A DNA stretch of 64,000 bases from an uncultured Muribaculaceae bacterium. Its GTDB lineage: Bacteria; Bacillota_I; Bacilli_A; RF39; UBA660. Shown here piece by piece: positions 43,689-54,300 of this stretch (the first letter of the stretch is position 1; the number at the start of each line of letters is the position of its first letter). A program made the translations under genes and the position numbers. The stretch is taken from positions 23,076 through 87,075 of the forward strand of contig CAZYQE010000005.1 in assembly GCA_964650315.1 (NCBI GenBank), written 5' to 3'. A model generated the notes under the pieces. That model saw only the letters and a list, made by a program, of their open reading frames with translations. It ran no database searches and was not told the DNA's origin.

Positions 43689-44177
43689 TTATTTATTAAT
43701 ATAATTATTAAATATATATGCATGTGATTCTAAGAATTTATTATCAGTAATTAACTTTTTTATTTCATCTTTATTCATCCATTTTATGGATTCTACTTCT
43801 TCTTGTTGTAGTTTGATATTATTTATATTTAAATTATTTATTTCTAATAAATAAACATTAAAAATACATTGTTTATTAGGATACTTGAATGTATCTATAT
43901 ACTTTATTTCTTTTGGATTAGTATTAATACTAAGTTCTTCTTTTAATTCTCTAATAATAGTACTTAATCCATCTTCATTATGAACTACATGTCCTCCAGT
44001 AGATGAGTATTTAGAACCTTTTTCTTTAGAAGTTTTTTGTATTAAATATTTATTATCATTATTTTTTATATAAATAACTGATAACATAATATTCCTACCT
44101 TTAATAGGTGTATTTCCTCTAACTATAGTTTCATTTAATAAATTGCAATTATCATCATATAAATCTAATATTTCCAT
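43689..44177 (-). CDS. NUDIX hydrolase
   Basis: 162 aa with the Nudix box GGHVVHNEDGLSTIIRELKEELSI. Confidence 0.8.
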   Translation of the reverse strand: MEILDLYDDNCNLLNETIVRGNTPIKGRNIMLSVIYIKNNDNKYLIQKTSKEKGSKYSSTGGHVVHNEDGLSTIIRELKEELSINTNPKEIKYIDTFKYPNKQCIFNVYLLEINNLNINNIKLQQEEVESIKWMNKDEIKKLITDNKFLESHAYIFNNYINK

Positions 44178-44185
44178 AATTACTC

Positions 44186-44530
44186 CTATCTTATTATAAT
44201 AGATTCAAAATATTGTTCTTGAAATTCAGTTAATGCTCTTATTTGATCATCTGTATAATTATTATTTTTATCTACTACTATTAATTTATCATCATTATCA
44301 TTAGTTCTATGTATGATAGCAATTACTTTCCCTGTATATTCTTCTACTGGTTCAAATACTCCTAATAAATAAGCATCTAATTCTTCACTATCACCACTTA
44401 TAGTATCTGGAACATATCCATAATTAACAGTATATATAAAACCATGTTTCGGATGTTTACTACCTAGTTTTCTATCTATTTTTATACTCATAGTTTTACC
44501 TAAATAATCTTTAGAATCTACTTTATTCAT
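44186..44530 (-). CDS. short inorganic-diphosphatase-like protein
   Basis: 114 aa. The sequence KIDRKLGSKHP...YTVNYGYVPDTISGDSEELDAYLLG...DDKLIVV resembles the family I pyrophosphatase core (NYGFIP.T...DGD.LD). Confidence 0.55.
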   Translation of the reverse strand: MNKVDSKDYLGKTMSIKIDRKLGSKHPKHGFIYTVNYGYVPDTISGDSEELDAYLLGVFEPVEEYTGKVIAIIHRTNDNDDKLIVVDKNNNYTDDQIRALTEFQEQYFESIIIR

Positions 44531-45047
44531 TGTAATCCCCCACTATTATTTCACTTCTAACTTTATTATTAATAGAATTAACTCCTCTTAAACTAACACA
44601 AGTATGAGTAGCTTCTATTTCTACTTTAATCCATTCTAGAGATAAATTATCATATAGGAAGTTAGCTATTTCACTAGTTAAATCTTCTTGTAATTGTAAT
44701 CTTCTAGAAAAGTTATCTACTATTCTATAGAATTTACTTAATCCTAACACTTTAGCATCTTTTTTATACTTTAAAGTTATTTTGGCTTCTCCAAAGAATG
44801 GTAACAAATGATGTGAGCATAAAGATTTAACTGGAATATTATCTACTACAAGTATAGAATCAGTATTATCTTTTCTATCAAATAATTTAATATAGTCTTT
44901 TGGATCTTTTTTATATCCAATCAATAATTCATCTTTATACATTCTATATAATCTATCTGGTGTTTCTATAATATTAGAATTATTTTTATCTATATCACTA
45001 TACTTACATATAGCATTTACTAAATCTCTAAATACTTTATCTTCCAT
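44523..45047 (-). CDS. folE: GTP cyclohydrolase I
   Basis: 174 aa with TPDRLYRMY...VKSLCSHHLLPFFGEAKI...RRLQLQEDLT, matching the FolE type I motifs. Confidence 0.8.
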   Translation of the reverse strand: MEDKVFRDLVNAICKYSDIDKNNSNIIETPDRLYRMYKDELLIGYKKDPKDYIKLFDRKDNTDSILVVDNIPVKSLCSHHLLPFFGEAKITLKYKKDAKVLGLSKFYRIVDNFSRRLQLQEDLTSEIANFLYDNLSLEWIKVEIEATHTCVSLRGVNSINNKVRSEIIVGDYNE

Positions 45048-45133
45048 AAATATTCCTCCTATATATAAATATAATCAAAATTATTTTAGCACATTACATT
45101 TCTAATTACAAAAATAGTTCACTAATTTGTGAA

Positions 45134-45574
45134 CTATTTTATTTTATAACCCAATTTTTCTAAAGCATATATTGTAAAAGAAGAAAGATTTTCTCTAGTA
45201 ATTTCATCTATACTATACCAATCTGCTCCTTCAGAATCTAACCCATCAGCTTCCTCTTTCAATTTAGATTCTTTTACTTTTACAGTATATAAAATACCTA
45301 TATGATGAAGATCTTCTATAATATCTTCTTCCATTTGCCATTTAAATGTTTTCGATGTAGCATCTAACAACTCATAAGATGTAACTGTTACACCCGCTTC
45401 TTCCATCAATTCTCTTTTTAAAGCTTCTACAGGAGTTTCATCGTGTTCTATACCACCACCAGGTAAATCAAGTTTTCCCTTGTATCCTCCTCTAGCTTTC
45501 TTAATTAAAACAATCTTTTCATCACGTATAATTATTCCATATGAACCTACATGCGTAGAAATAACTTCTTTCAC
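45134..45574 (-). CDS. NUDIX hydrolase
   Basis: 146 aa with the Nudix box GGGIEHDETPVEALKRELMEEAGV. Confidence 0.85.
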   Translation of the reverse strand: MKEVISTHVGSYGIIIRDEKIVLIKKARGGYKGKLDLPGGGIEHDETPVEALKRELMEEAGVTVTSYELLDATSKTFKWQMEEDIIEDLHHIGILYTVKVKESKLKEEADGLDSEGADWYSIDEITRENLSSFTIYALEKLGYKIK

Positions 45575-45583
45575 TATAACCTC

Positions 45584-48223
45584 CTATTTATCAACTATAT
45601 AAAACTCTGTTTTAGCCCTACCATTATTAGATAGAATTATTTCTATTTTATGTTTTCCTTTATCTAGATTATCTAAGAATTCTTTTCTTAATGTAATACT
45701 AGTTCCTTCTAAATCATAAAAACTATCAGAAATAATACTATTATCTACTTTTACTTTTATATTTTTAAATAAAGATCCAGCAGCATCTACTTGAAATTTT
45801 ACTAAGTTGTTAGAATCTTTTATATATTCTTGATTATCAATTTCAGAGAAATTATATATGTAATTATTAGCTAAAACTTCTATATTAAGTCTTTTATTAG
45901 GAAGTAGATTATAATTAATTAATTCAATATAATTTAATACTTTAGTAAAGAATTCATTACTTCCTTTTTTAGATTCCCAAATAACATATAAAGTATAATT
46001 ATGTTTTATTTCTTTATTTGCAGGCATTACACCATTCTTATAATGCTTAGTATCTTCTATATTATCTTCTGAAATACATTTTCCTTTTCCTGCATTACAC
46101 TCTAAACGATACTTAAATGGTAATTTGTTTTTATTAATAACTATTGAATAATTCATTTTATTTTTTAATATACCATTTTTATCACTATTTTTAACCTCAA
46201 AGTGTACTTTTTTAGTATCTCCTGGTTCTATATCCAAAAACTTATATGAGAAGTCATTTACTGGTTTTAATAAAGACATAGAATTTGTTTTAGTTAAATA
46301 TTGATTACCATAATCTAAATCTTTATAGTAATTTACACTAAGTATTGGGATTCCTATCATAATTACAAGTAGTGCAATAAGTGGTAATAAATTTACTTTT
46401 TTAAATACATTTTTATTTTTAAAAGTAACATGATAAAAATGTGGTGTTAGTAAGAAAGGCATTGTAATTATACCTAATAATATATAAGCAATAGTAAGTT
46501 TGGTTAAAACTAGTGAATAATGTCTTGTCATAACACTAACTAATCTATCTATACATAATATTGCAATTACTAAGAAACTCATATTATGCGCAATATAATC
46601 ATTCATCAGTATTACACCTTCACTAAAACAATAATTTATTGTACTAACTGGAGATGCAGGTAAAGATTTATTCTTTCTTTTAAATTTATTTACAATATAC
46701 TGAATAGCTGCCATAAAAGATGAATATGAATATCCTAAATATGAAACAGCTAATACTACTGCTTGTTTTAAAGAAAATAAATATCTCTTATCAATCTTTC
46801 TTCCTAATACTATTCTTCTAATAAAAGGAGTAATCATAAAGGCAAACTGACTTATCATAAATCCTGCCCACATTATATTAATATCACCAGCAAACGTTAC
46901 AAACAATACATATGGTATTGTCATAACTATATATACTTTAGATAAGAAATAAATTATCATATAGAATACATCTCTTTTACGAGCTCTTTTAAAATCAATA
47001 GTTCCTTCAAACATCATTTCAAATAATCCATATGTATATCTATATTGCTTAGCAGCCTCTTCTGTATAAGTTCTACTAGCGTATTCAGTAAATTCTAATC
47101 CATGTACTTGTGCATATTTACCATGATAACCATGTGAATATAATTGAAGAGCTGCATCATAATCTTCACTAACTTTAGCAGAATCCCAATAATCAATTTC
47201 TTTTAATGCACTCTTCCTAATAAATGCATTATGTCCAACAAGCGGAACAAAGAATCCCTTTAAAGCATTACATGGCCATATATTGTGAAATAAGTTATTA
47301 ACATGAGTACCCATTGTTTTTACAAAAAAACTATCTTTCATATTATAAGCATTAGTAGCACATTGTACATAAGCTAATTCTTCTTCATATACAAATTCAG
47401 GCATTATAGATTCAATTATATTTTGATTAACACCAGAATCTTTATCTAATAACAAAATTATGTCATTAGTTATTACATCACCTTCTATATAACCATTTTC
47501 AAACTTACCACCACTATTAGTTAAATGTTCTAAAGCTCTACCTCTTTCTAATTCATCACCTAAAGTTAACGTATAATTCAAATTGGATGCTTTTTTAAAT
47601 AAACCTTCTCTATTTTCTTTAGGCCTAGCAACAAAAGCTACATCATTTTCTCTATAGAATATTATTCTATCTAAAATCATCGCAACATCTTCAGACATAC
47701 TTCTAGGAGTTGCTTTATATTCTTCAATTAATTCATTAATCTTATCTTCATTACAATCTTCTCTTAATACTGCACCTATTCCATCATCAGATACAATTAT
47801 ATTAGCTTTCTTACCACTAACATTTTTATATCTATTAATTGCTCTTATACTATCAACTATGGTTTGAAAAATAACTTTATTATCTTCTAAATATACTGGA
47901 ATACTTACTGTTACGTCATAGAATTTATCTTTATCAACATTATCACGTATTTTATTCATATAGTATTTTCTATTAACAAGTTTAGTACCATTAAGTAGTT
48001 TAACTACAGAAGGTCTCATAGACCAAAATATATCCAATACATAACATACTGGATATGTAAAGAATATATATGAAACTACAAAATGTCCAATATCGTAATA
48101 CCAAAAATTATACGCAAAAAACAAAGCAACATGAATTATTGCATTTATTATGAACGCCAAAACGTAGTGGCTTACACCACTACTTCTATTTCCTAACTTT
48201 TCCTTCCTGTTTCTTTTTATCAT
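45584..48223 (-). CDS. integral-membrane family 2 glycosyltransferase (processive beta-glycan synthase-like) with C-terminal extracytoplasmic domain
   Basis: 879 aa with N-terminal TMs and a GT-A core (VSIPVYLED, IVSDDGIG, LLLDKDS, KVSEDYD, AAKQYRYTYG as a Q-x-x-R-W-like motif). This is followed by ~6 TMs and a ~270-aa beta-rich C-terminus. Confidence 0.7.
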   Translation of the reverse strand: MIKRNRKEKLGNRSSGVSHYVLAFIINAIIHVALFFAYNFWYYDIGHFVVSYIFFTYPVCYVLDIFWSMRPSVVKLLNGTKLVNRKYYMNKIRDNVDKDKFYDVTVSIPVYLEDNKVIFQTIVDSIRAINRYKNVSGKKANIIVSDDGIGAVLREDCNEDKINELIEEYKATPRSMSEDVAMILDRIIFYRENDVAFVARPKENREGLFKKASNLNYTLTLGDELERGRALEHLTNSGGKFENGYIEGDVITNDIILLLDKDSGVNQNIIESIMPEFVYEEELAYVQCATNAYNMKDSFFVKTMGTHVNNLFHNIWPCNALKGFFVPLVGHNAFIRKSALKEIDYWDSAKVSEDYDAALQLYSHGYHGKYAQVHGLEFTEYASRTYTEEAAKQYRYTYGLFEMMFEGTIDFKRARKRDVFYMIIYFLSKVYIVMTIPYVLFVTFAGDINIMWAGFMISQFAFMITPFIRRIVLGRKIDKRYLFSLKQAVVLAVSYLGYSYSSFMAAIQYIVNKFKRKNKSLPASPVSTINYCFSEGVILMNDYIAHNMSFLVIAILCIDRLVSVMTRHYSLVLTKLTIAYILLGIITMPFLLTPHFYHVTFKNKNVFKKVNLLPLIALLVIMIGIPILSVNYYKDLDYGNQYLTKTNSMSLLKPVNDFSYKFLDIEPGDTKKVHFEVKNSDKNGILKNKMNYSIVINKNKLPFKYRLECNAGKGKCISEDNIEDTKHYKNGVMPANKEIKHNYTLYVIWESKKGSNEFFTKVLNYIELINYNLLPNKRLNIEVLANNYIYNFSEIDNQEYIKDSNNLVKFQVDAAGSLFKNIKVKVDNSIISDSFYDLEGTSITLRKEFLDNLDKGKHKIEIILSNNGRAKTEFYIVDK

Positions 48224-48293
48224 ATAATCCCCTATTACTCTATATTCTCATATTACTTATATATATAATAACATCTTTTTTTAAATTTGTTAA

Positions 48294-48330
48294 TAAAAAA
48301 ATCTCTATTGTTTATACAATAAAGATTTTT
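48294..48330 (-). terminator. rho-independent terminator after the giant glucan-synthase-like gene
   Basis: Minus strand: AAAATCTTTATTGT-ATAA-ACAATAGAGATTTT (one mismatch) followed by TTTTT. It overlaps the stop codon. Confidence 0.6.
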
Positions 48331-51300
48331 TATAAATAAACTTCTACACTATGTGTTTTATTATCATCCACTAAATCTATACAATTATCACTCTGCTTTT
48401 TACCATCCAGTAATAATTCTTTTTTATTCTTTCTTTTAACATGTATATTATAAGTAGAATCATAATATTTATAGGAAACTTTAAATTCTTTCCAATCATC
48501 AGGTATATTAGGATCTATTACTAATTTTTTATCTCTAACTTTAATACCTAATATATCTTCAATACCAACTTTATAGAACCATCCAGCTGAACCAGTATAC
48601 CAAGTCCAACCTCCTCTACCAATATACTTATCTGCTGAATAAATATCAGCTGCAATAACATAAGGTTCTACTTTATATTTATCAACATCTTTTAATTCTA
48701 TTGTTCTATTAATTGGATTTATCATTTGATAGTATTCATAAGCTTTATTATAATATCCTTCTTTTATTAAAGCCATTAAATACCAAGAAACAGCATGAGT
48801 ATATTGTCCACCATTTTCTCTAATACCTTTTGGATAATTCATTATATATCCAGGATTATTAGTAGATTTAGCAAAAGCTGGAGTAAGTAGTTTAACAATA
48901 TCATTATTATTATCAACTAACTCTTCTTCTACTGAATTTATAACTTTAGAAACACGATCTTTTGGTATTACATTACTTAATATTGAGAAACTTTGAGATA
49001 TTAAATCAATCTTACATTCTTTATTATTTTTACTACCTAGACTATCTCCATTATCAAAGAATGCTCTTAAATAATATTCTCCATCCCAAGTATTTCTATT
49101 AAGATTATCTTTTAATTTAGAATTAAATGTTTCATATTTATCTACTTTAAAACTCTTATTATATTTTTTCATAATATTAACAAATAAATCTATAACACTA
49201 TATAAGAAGAATCCTAACCAAACACTTTCACCTTTACCTTCAATACCAACTTTATTCATACCATCATTCCAGTCTCCTCCACCCATAAGTGGAATCTTAT
49301 GAATACCTAATGAATTCATTGATATATCTATAGATTTTAAACAGTGTTCTAATAATGTAACTTTCTCTTCAGAGTAACTAAATATTATTCCTCTTTCATT
49401 TTCTTTTTCAGATAAAGCTTCCCCTATTACATATGGAACTTTCTCATCTAATATTTTATAATCACCTGTTGTATTAATATAATTACAAGTAGCATAAACT
49501 AACCATAAATAATCATCTTTATATTTACTTCTAAGTCCAAATCTATTCTTTTCAAGCCACCAATGTAATACATCTCCTTCTACAAATTGATGTGAAGCAT
49601 TATTAAGAATTTGTTCTCTAGTATATTCTGGTTCTACCATAGATATATTCATAGCATCTTGTAATTGATCTCTATAACCAAAAGCCCCACTAATTTGATA
49701 GAATCCAGCTTTAGCCATTATTCTAGATGATAATGTTTGATATAAATACCATCCATTCATAACAGTATTAAAACTATTATCTGGAGTAGATACTTTAATA
49801 TTACCTAGTTTATTATTCCAATACTCTTTAACATTCATAAGTTCTTTTTCACTAGTTTTAATATCTGTATATTTCTTCATTAATTTAAGATTTTCTTCAT
49901 CACTTAAACTACAACCTAATACGAATGCTAAAGACTTTTCTTCTCCTGGTTTTAAAGAAGTATTGATAGTAATACTTTTAACTAACATCTTATCACATAT
50001 AGCACTATTTATTTTCTCAGAAGCTGACATAAATACATTAACATTATTATAACTATTATGATAAACATTTCTTAGTTTTAAATAATTATCTTGTCCCATA
50101 AATTCAGATAATATATGTCTAGAAGTTTTCTCTTCAAAATTACCAAATACAGGATTTATCCAGAACTCAACATTAGTATTATAATCATCTTTTGTCTTAT
50201 TCTTTAATTTCATTAAATAAATCTTAACATTATCTTCTACTGCAACAAATTCAGTAACTTTGTGTTTCAACTCTTTAGTTTCACTTTCTAAAATACTATA
50301 TCCAAATCCATGAGTACATTTCTCTGGATCAAATAAACTATCATTAAATTTAAAACCTTCACTTTTATCATTACTAACTATATCATTAGTCCAAGAAGTA
50401 ATCTTAAACTCTCCTGAATTATATGCATATGTATAACCACAACCATTATTAGTAACAATAGTACCAAAGTTTTTATTAGTAATTACATTACTCCATGGAG
50501 TTGGTGTATCTTTATTATATATAATATATTCTTTACCATCTTTACTAAATCCACCATATCCATTATCAAATAATAGTTTATCTTTATTCTCAAGTTTTAT
50601 ATTTACTTCTTCGGTATATTCTGGATAGTCATTAACCTTATTATAACTTTGAAGATTAAATACAGCTTCTTCTAAAGAAATATGATTATTAATAGTAAAC
50701 TTTAATCTAGAAACAATATCTAATAGATTTTGATCTTCTTTAGTAATATTAGATCCATCTAATACTAATACTTCTCCTGGTGTATTATAAAAACTGTTTA
50801 ATGTATATATTCTATACATTTCGTCATCTATTTCTTTCTCTACTAACTCAGAGAATTGTCCTAATTCATTATTTATAATAACTACATCTACAAAAATAGA
50901 TTTATTTTTATAATATTCAAAAGCTTTTAATATATCTCTAATGAATCCCATATCCCTAATATCATTTATTTCTACAGTAATAATAGGTCTATCTCCACTA
51001 ATACCAAACTTCCATAAATCAGATTGCCCTAATCTATTAGTTCTAAGTAAATTCATATGTTCTTCTGTAACAGACATACTAGTTGTTTGGAATAAATAAT
51101 TAAGCATAATATTATAAATCTTCATATCACTACCAGTAATATTCATATTCTTATTATCCATAATATTCATTAATGTAGATATTTCAAATTCATTATCTAA
51201 AGCTAACTTATTATTATAATTATTAACTATTTCAAATATTTGTTCCTTACTTCTACCAAATCCAGTTAACATATAAACACTAACAGATTCATTAGCAGGC

Positions 51301-54300
51301 ACAACAATTCTATTTCTTAAAGTCATTATTGGATCTAGATTATCTCCTGCATAATTAGTTAATTTTTCATCTATACCTTTAGCATTATTAATAGTTTTAT
51401 TTCTACCTATAAAACTACTTCTTTCAGTTTCATAACTATATTTATCTACTGGATCATTAATAATTAACTTAGTAAACATATAACTATTAACATTTTCTTC
51501 TTTTCTTTCTTTTCTCTTAGCAATTAAACAATTAGTTACTTCATCATACTCAGTAGATACAAACATACTATTAAATACTCTATGACTAATATCATCCATA
51601 TTCTCAGATAATATTGGTTCAGTATAACTAGTTAATTCTAAGTCTTTATCAACATCAGAATCATTTCTAAAAGTAACTTTTCTAATCTCAGCATGATAGT
51701 TTTTAGAAACAGCTATTTCAGTCTTAGTAGTAACTTCATTATCTCTTCTTAAATATTTAATTTTATCTGCTGCAAAAACCACTTCATACTTCTCTGGTTT
51801 AACATTTAGAGGTGCAAAAGTATTAGACCATACTTCTTTAGTATTAATATCTTTTATAAACAAGAACATTCCATAATCTTGTTCTGTTACTTTACGATAT
51901 CTATTTAACTGTAAAGCTCTATATCTAGAGAAACTATTACCCCTATCATTCATAATTAATGAATATTTTTTATTTGATAAAACAGACATCTCTGGTAAAT
52001 AAGAAATATAATTATATACTCTAATATCATTTTCAATAACTTCTTTATTATAATTATATTTTTTATAATCTACCATCTTCATATCAATACTAGTCTTTAT
52101 TTGTACTTTTTCTTTTAGTAATAATTCAAAAGTTCTAATATTAACATTAGAATGGAAATAATCTTTAATTACTCCTTGTTTTAAATAATTAGTTATTCCA
52201 AGTAAAGACATACCTTGATGATGAGCAAAATATGCTTTTACTACACCTTTATTATCATAATCATATGATTCATAATAACCATACTTAGAATACATATCTA
52301 ACTTATTAAACTTCATTACATTCTCATATACTTCTTTAGGGAATAAATCTATTGCGATTAATGAAGCATATGGAGATATTACTATTCTATTTTCTTTATC
52401 TGGTTTTGCTTTTAAATATGGTGTTGAGAATGATTTATATTTATAATTTAATGAATTATCTAACTCATTATATGCAGCTTCTGAAATACCCCAAGGTAAT
52501 TTAGAATTAACACTCTTCATATATTCTTTTTGACATACATAAGCAAAATTATATGCTTCATCTAATAAAGTATTAGGATAATTCTTCATAAATAGTAATG
52601 GCATATAATACTCAAATGATGTACCACTCCAAGATATAAGCCCTTTATGATTTTTATATAATGCTAATGACTTATCCAAACAGAACCAATGTTTATTAGA
52701 TACTTCTCCTAAACTAATAGCTAAATAACTAGTTAATCTAGATTCACTAGCAAACTTATTATAATTATATTCTGATAGTTTACCTTCATTTTGGTCATAT
52801 CCAATACTAAACACATGTCTTTTAGTATATAGTTTTCTAAAATTAGCACTCTTAATTAATCTATCACATAATTCAACTAATTTAACATTATCATTCTTAT
52901 CTAAAAATTCTCTAACAACTATAATACTTGCGATTAAGTTACCAGAATCAACTGTCGATACAAAGTTTGGATATAATACTTTTTTAGTCTTAATATCATA
53001 CCAGTTATATAAATGACCATGCCATTTCTTTAATGAATCAATAGATTTTAATATTTTTTCTAACAAGAATAAAGCCTTCTTCTTATCAATAAATTCTAAT
53101 TCATATGCACTAACAACAGAAGTTAAAGAGAACCCTATTGCTGTAGGAGAAGTTCTAGTATCAAACTTATTCTCTCTATTTTCTTGATAGTTATCTGATA
53201 TTAAATAATTGTTTTCACTACATAGATTATCATCAAAATATTTCCATGTTCTATAAGCTAAATGTTTTAAATTATCTATATCTCTAGTTTTTAAATTTAG
53301 AATACTATGATCTATTTCTCTACTAACATAATATGTTACAAAAGGACCACTAGTAAATATAAAAGCAATTATATAAGCCAAAGGATTATGAGTATAAACA
53401 CCAATAACTACAAATACTATTGCCATTATAAAGTTAAACATAAAAGCCTTAATATAACTTTTTAAACTACCATCAGCAGTCTTTTCTACTTCTTCTGCAG
53501 TTACCCAATTAAGTAAGTTTTTATGACTAATTAATAATCTATATAATGTTCTAAAGAAAGCATCCATATATAGTTTTGTATAAAATGGAATAGTAGAAAA
53601 TACTATATAAGCTCTAGATATTATACTTTTACCACCTATATAGAATTTCTTATAATATACTTCTTTAACATCTTTATTCTTTTTATTTATTTTACTTCTT
53701 AAGAAGAATATTATAGATATCGCAATCTCTAATACTACTAATAAGAACCACATAATAGAAATAGTCTTACTACAAGTAAATGCAAGTAATAATATTAATA
53801 ATAACATTGGGTTTAAAAACATTCTAATTATATTATCTAATATTTTATATTTACCTAATAAGTTAATTGGATTCTTAATATAACTATTATTTTTATTAAG
53901 AACTCTACTCTTAAGCCATCCAATTATTTGAACATCTCCCCTAGCCCATCTATGATGACGAGAAACATCTACTAAGAATTTAGCTGGGAAATCACCAATT
54001 AATTCTACATCAGAAACATAACCACATCTTAAGTAATTACCTTCTAATAAATCATGAGATAATATCAAATTATCTGGTAATGTATTACCTAATACTTGGT
54101 CAAATGCTTTAACATCATATATACCTTTACCTACAAAACTACCCTCATAGAAAGAATCTTGATATACATTAGGTATAATAGCTGAATAAGTATCAAATCC
54201 ACCAATACCTGCAAATATTTGAGAATATAAACTATTATTAGTAGATTCAATATCAACACTAACACGAGGTTGCATTATACCATAACCTCTAATTACTTTA

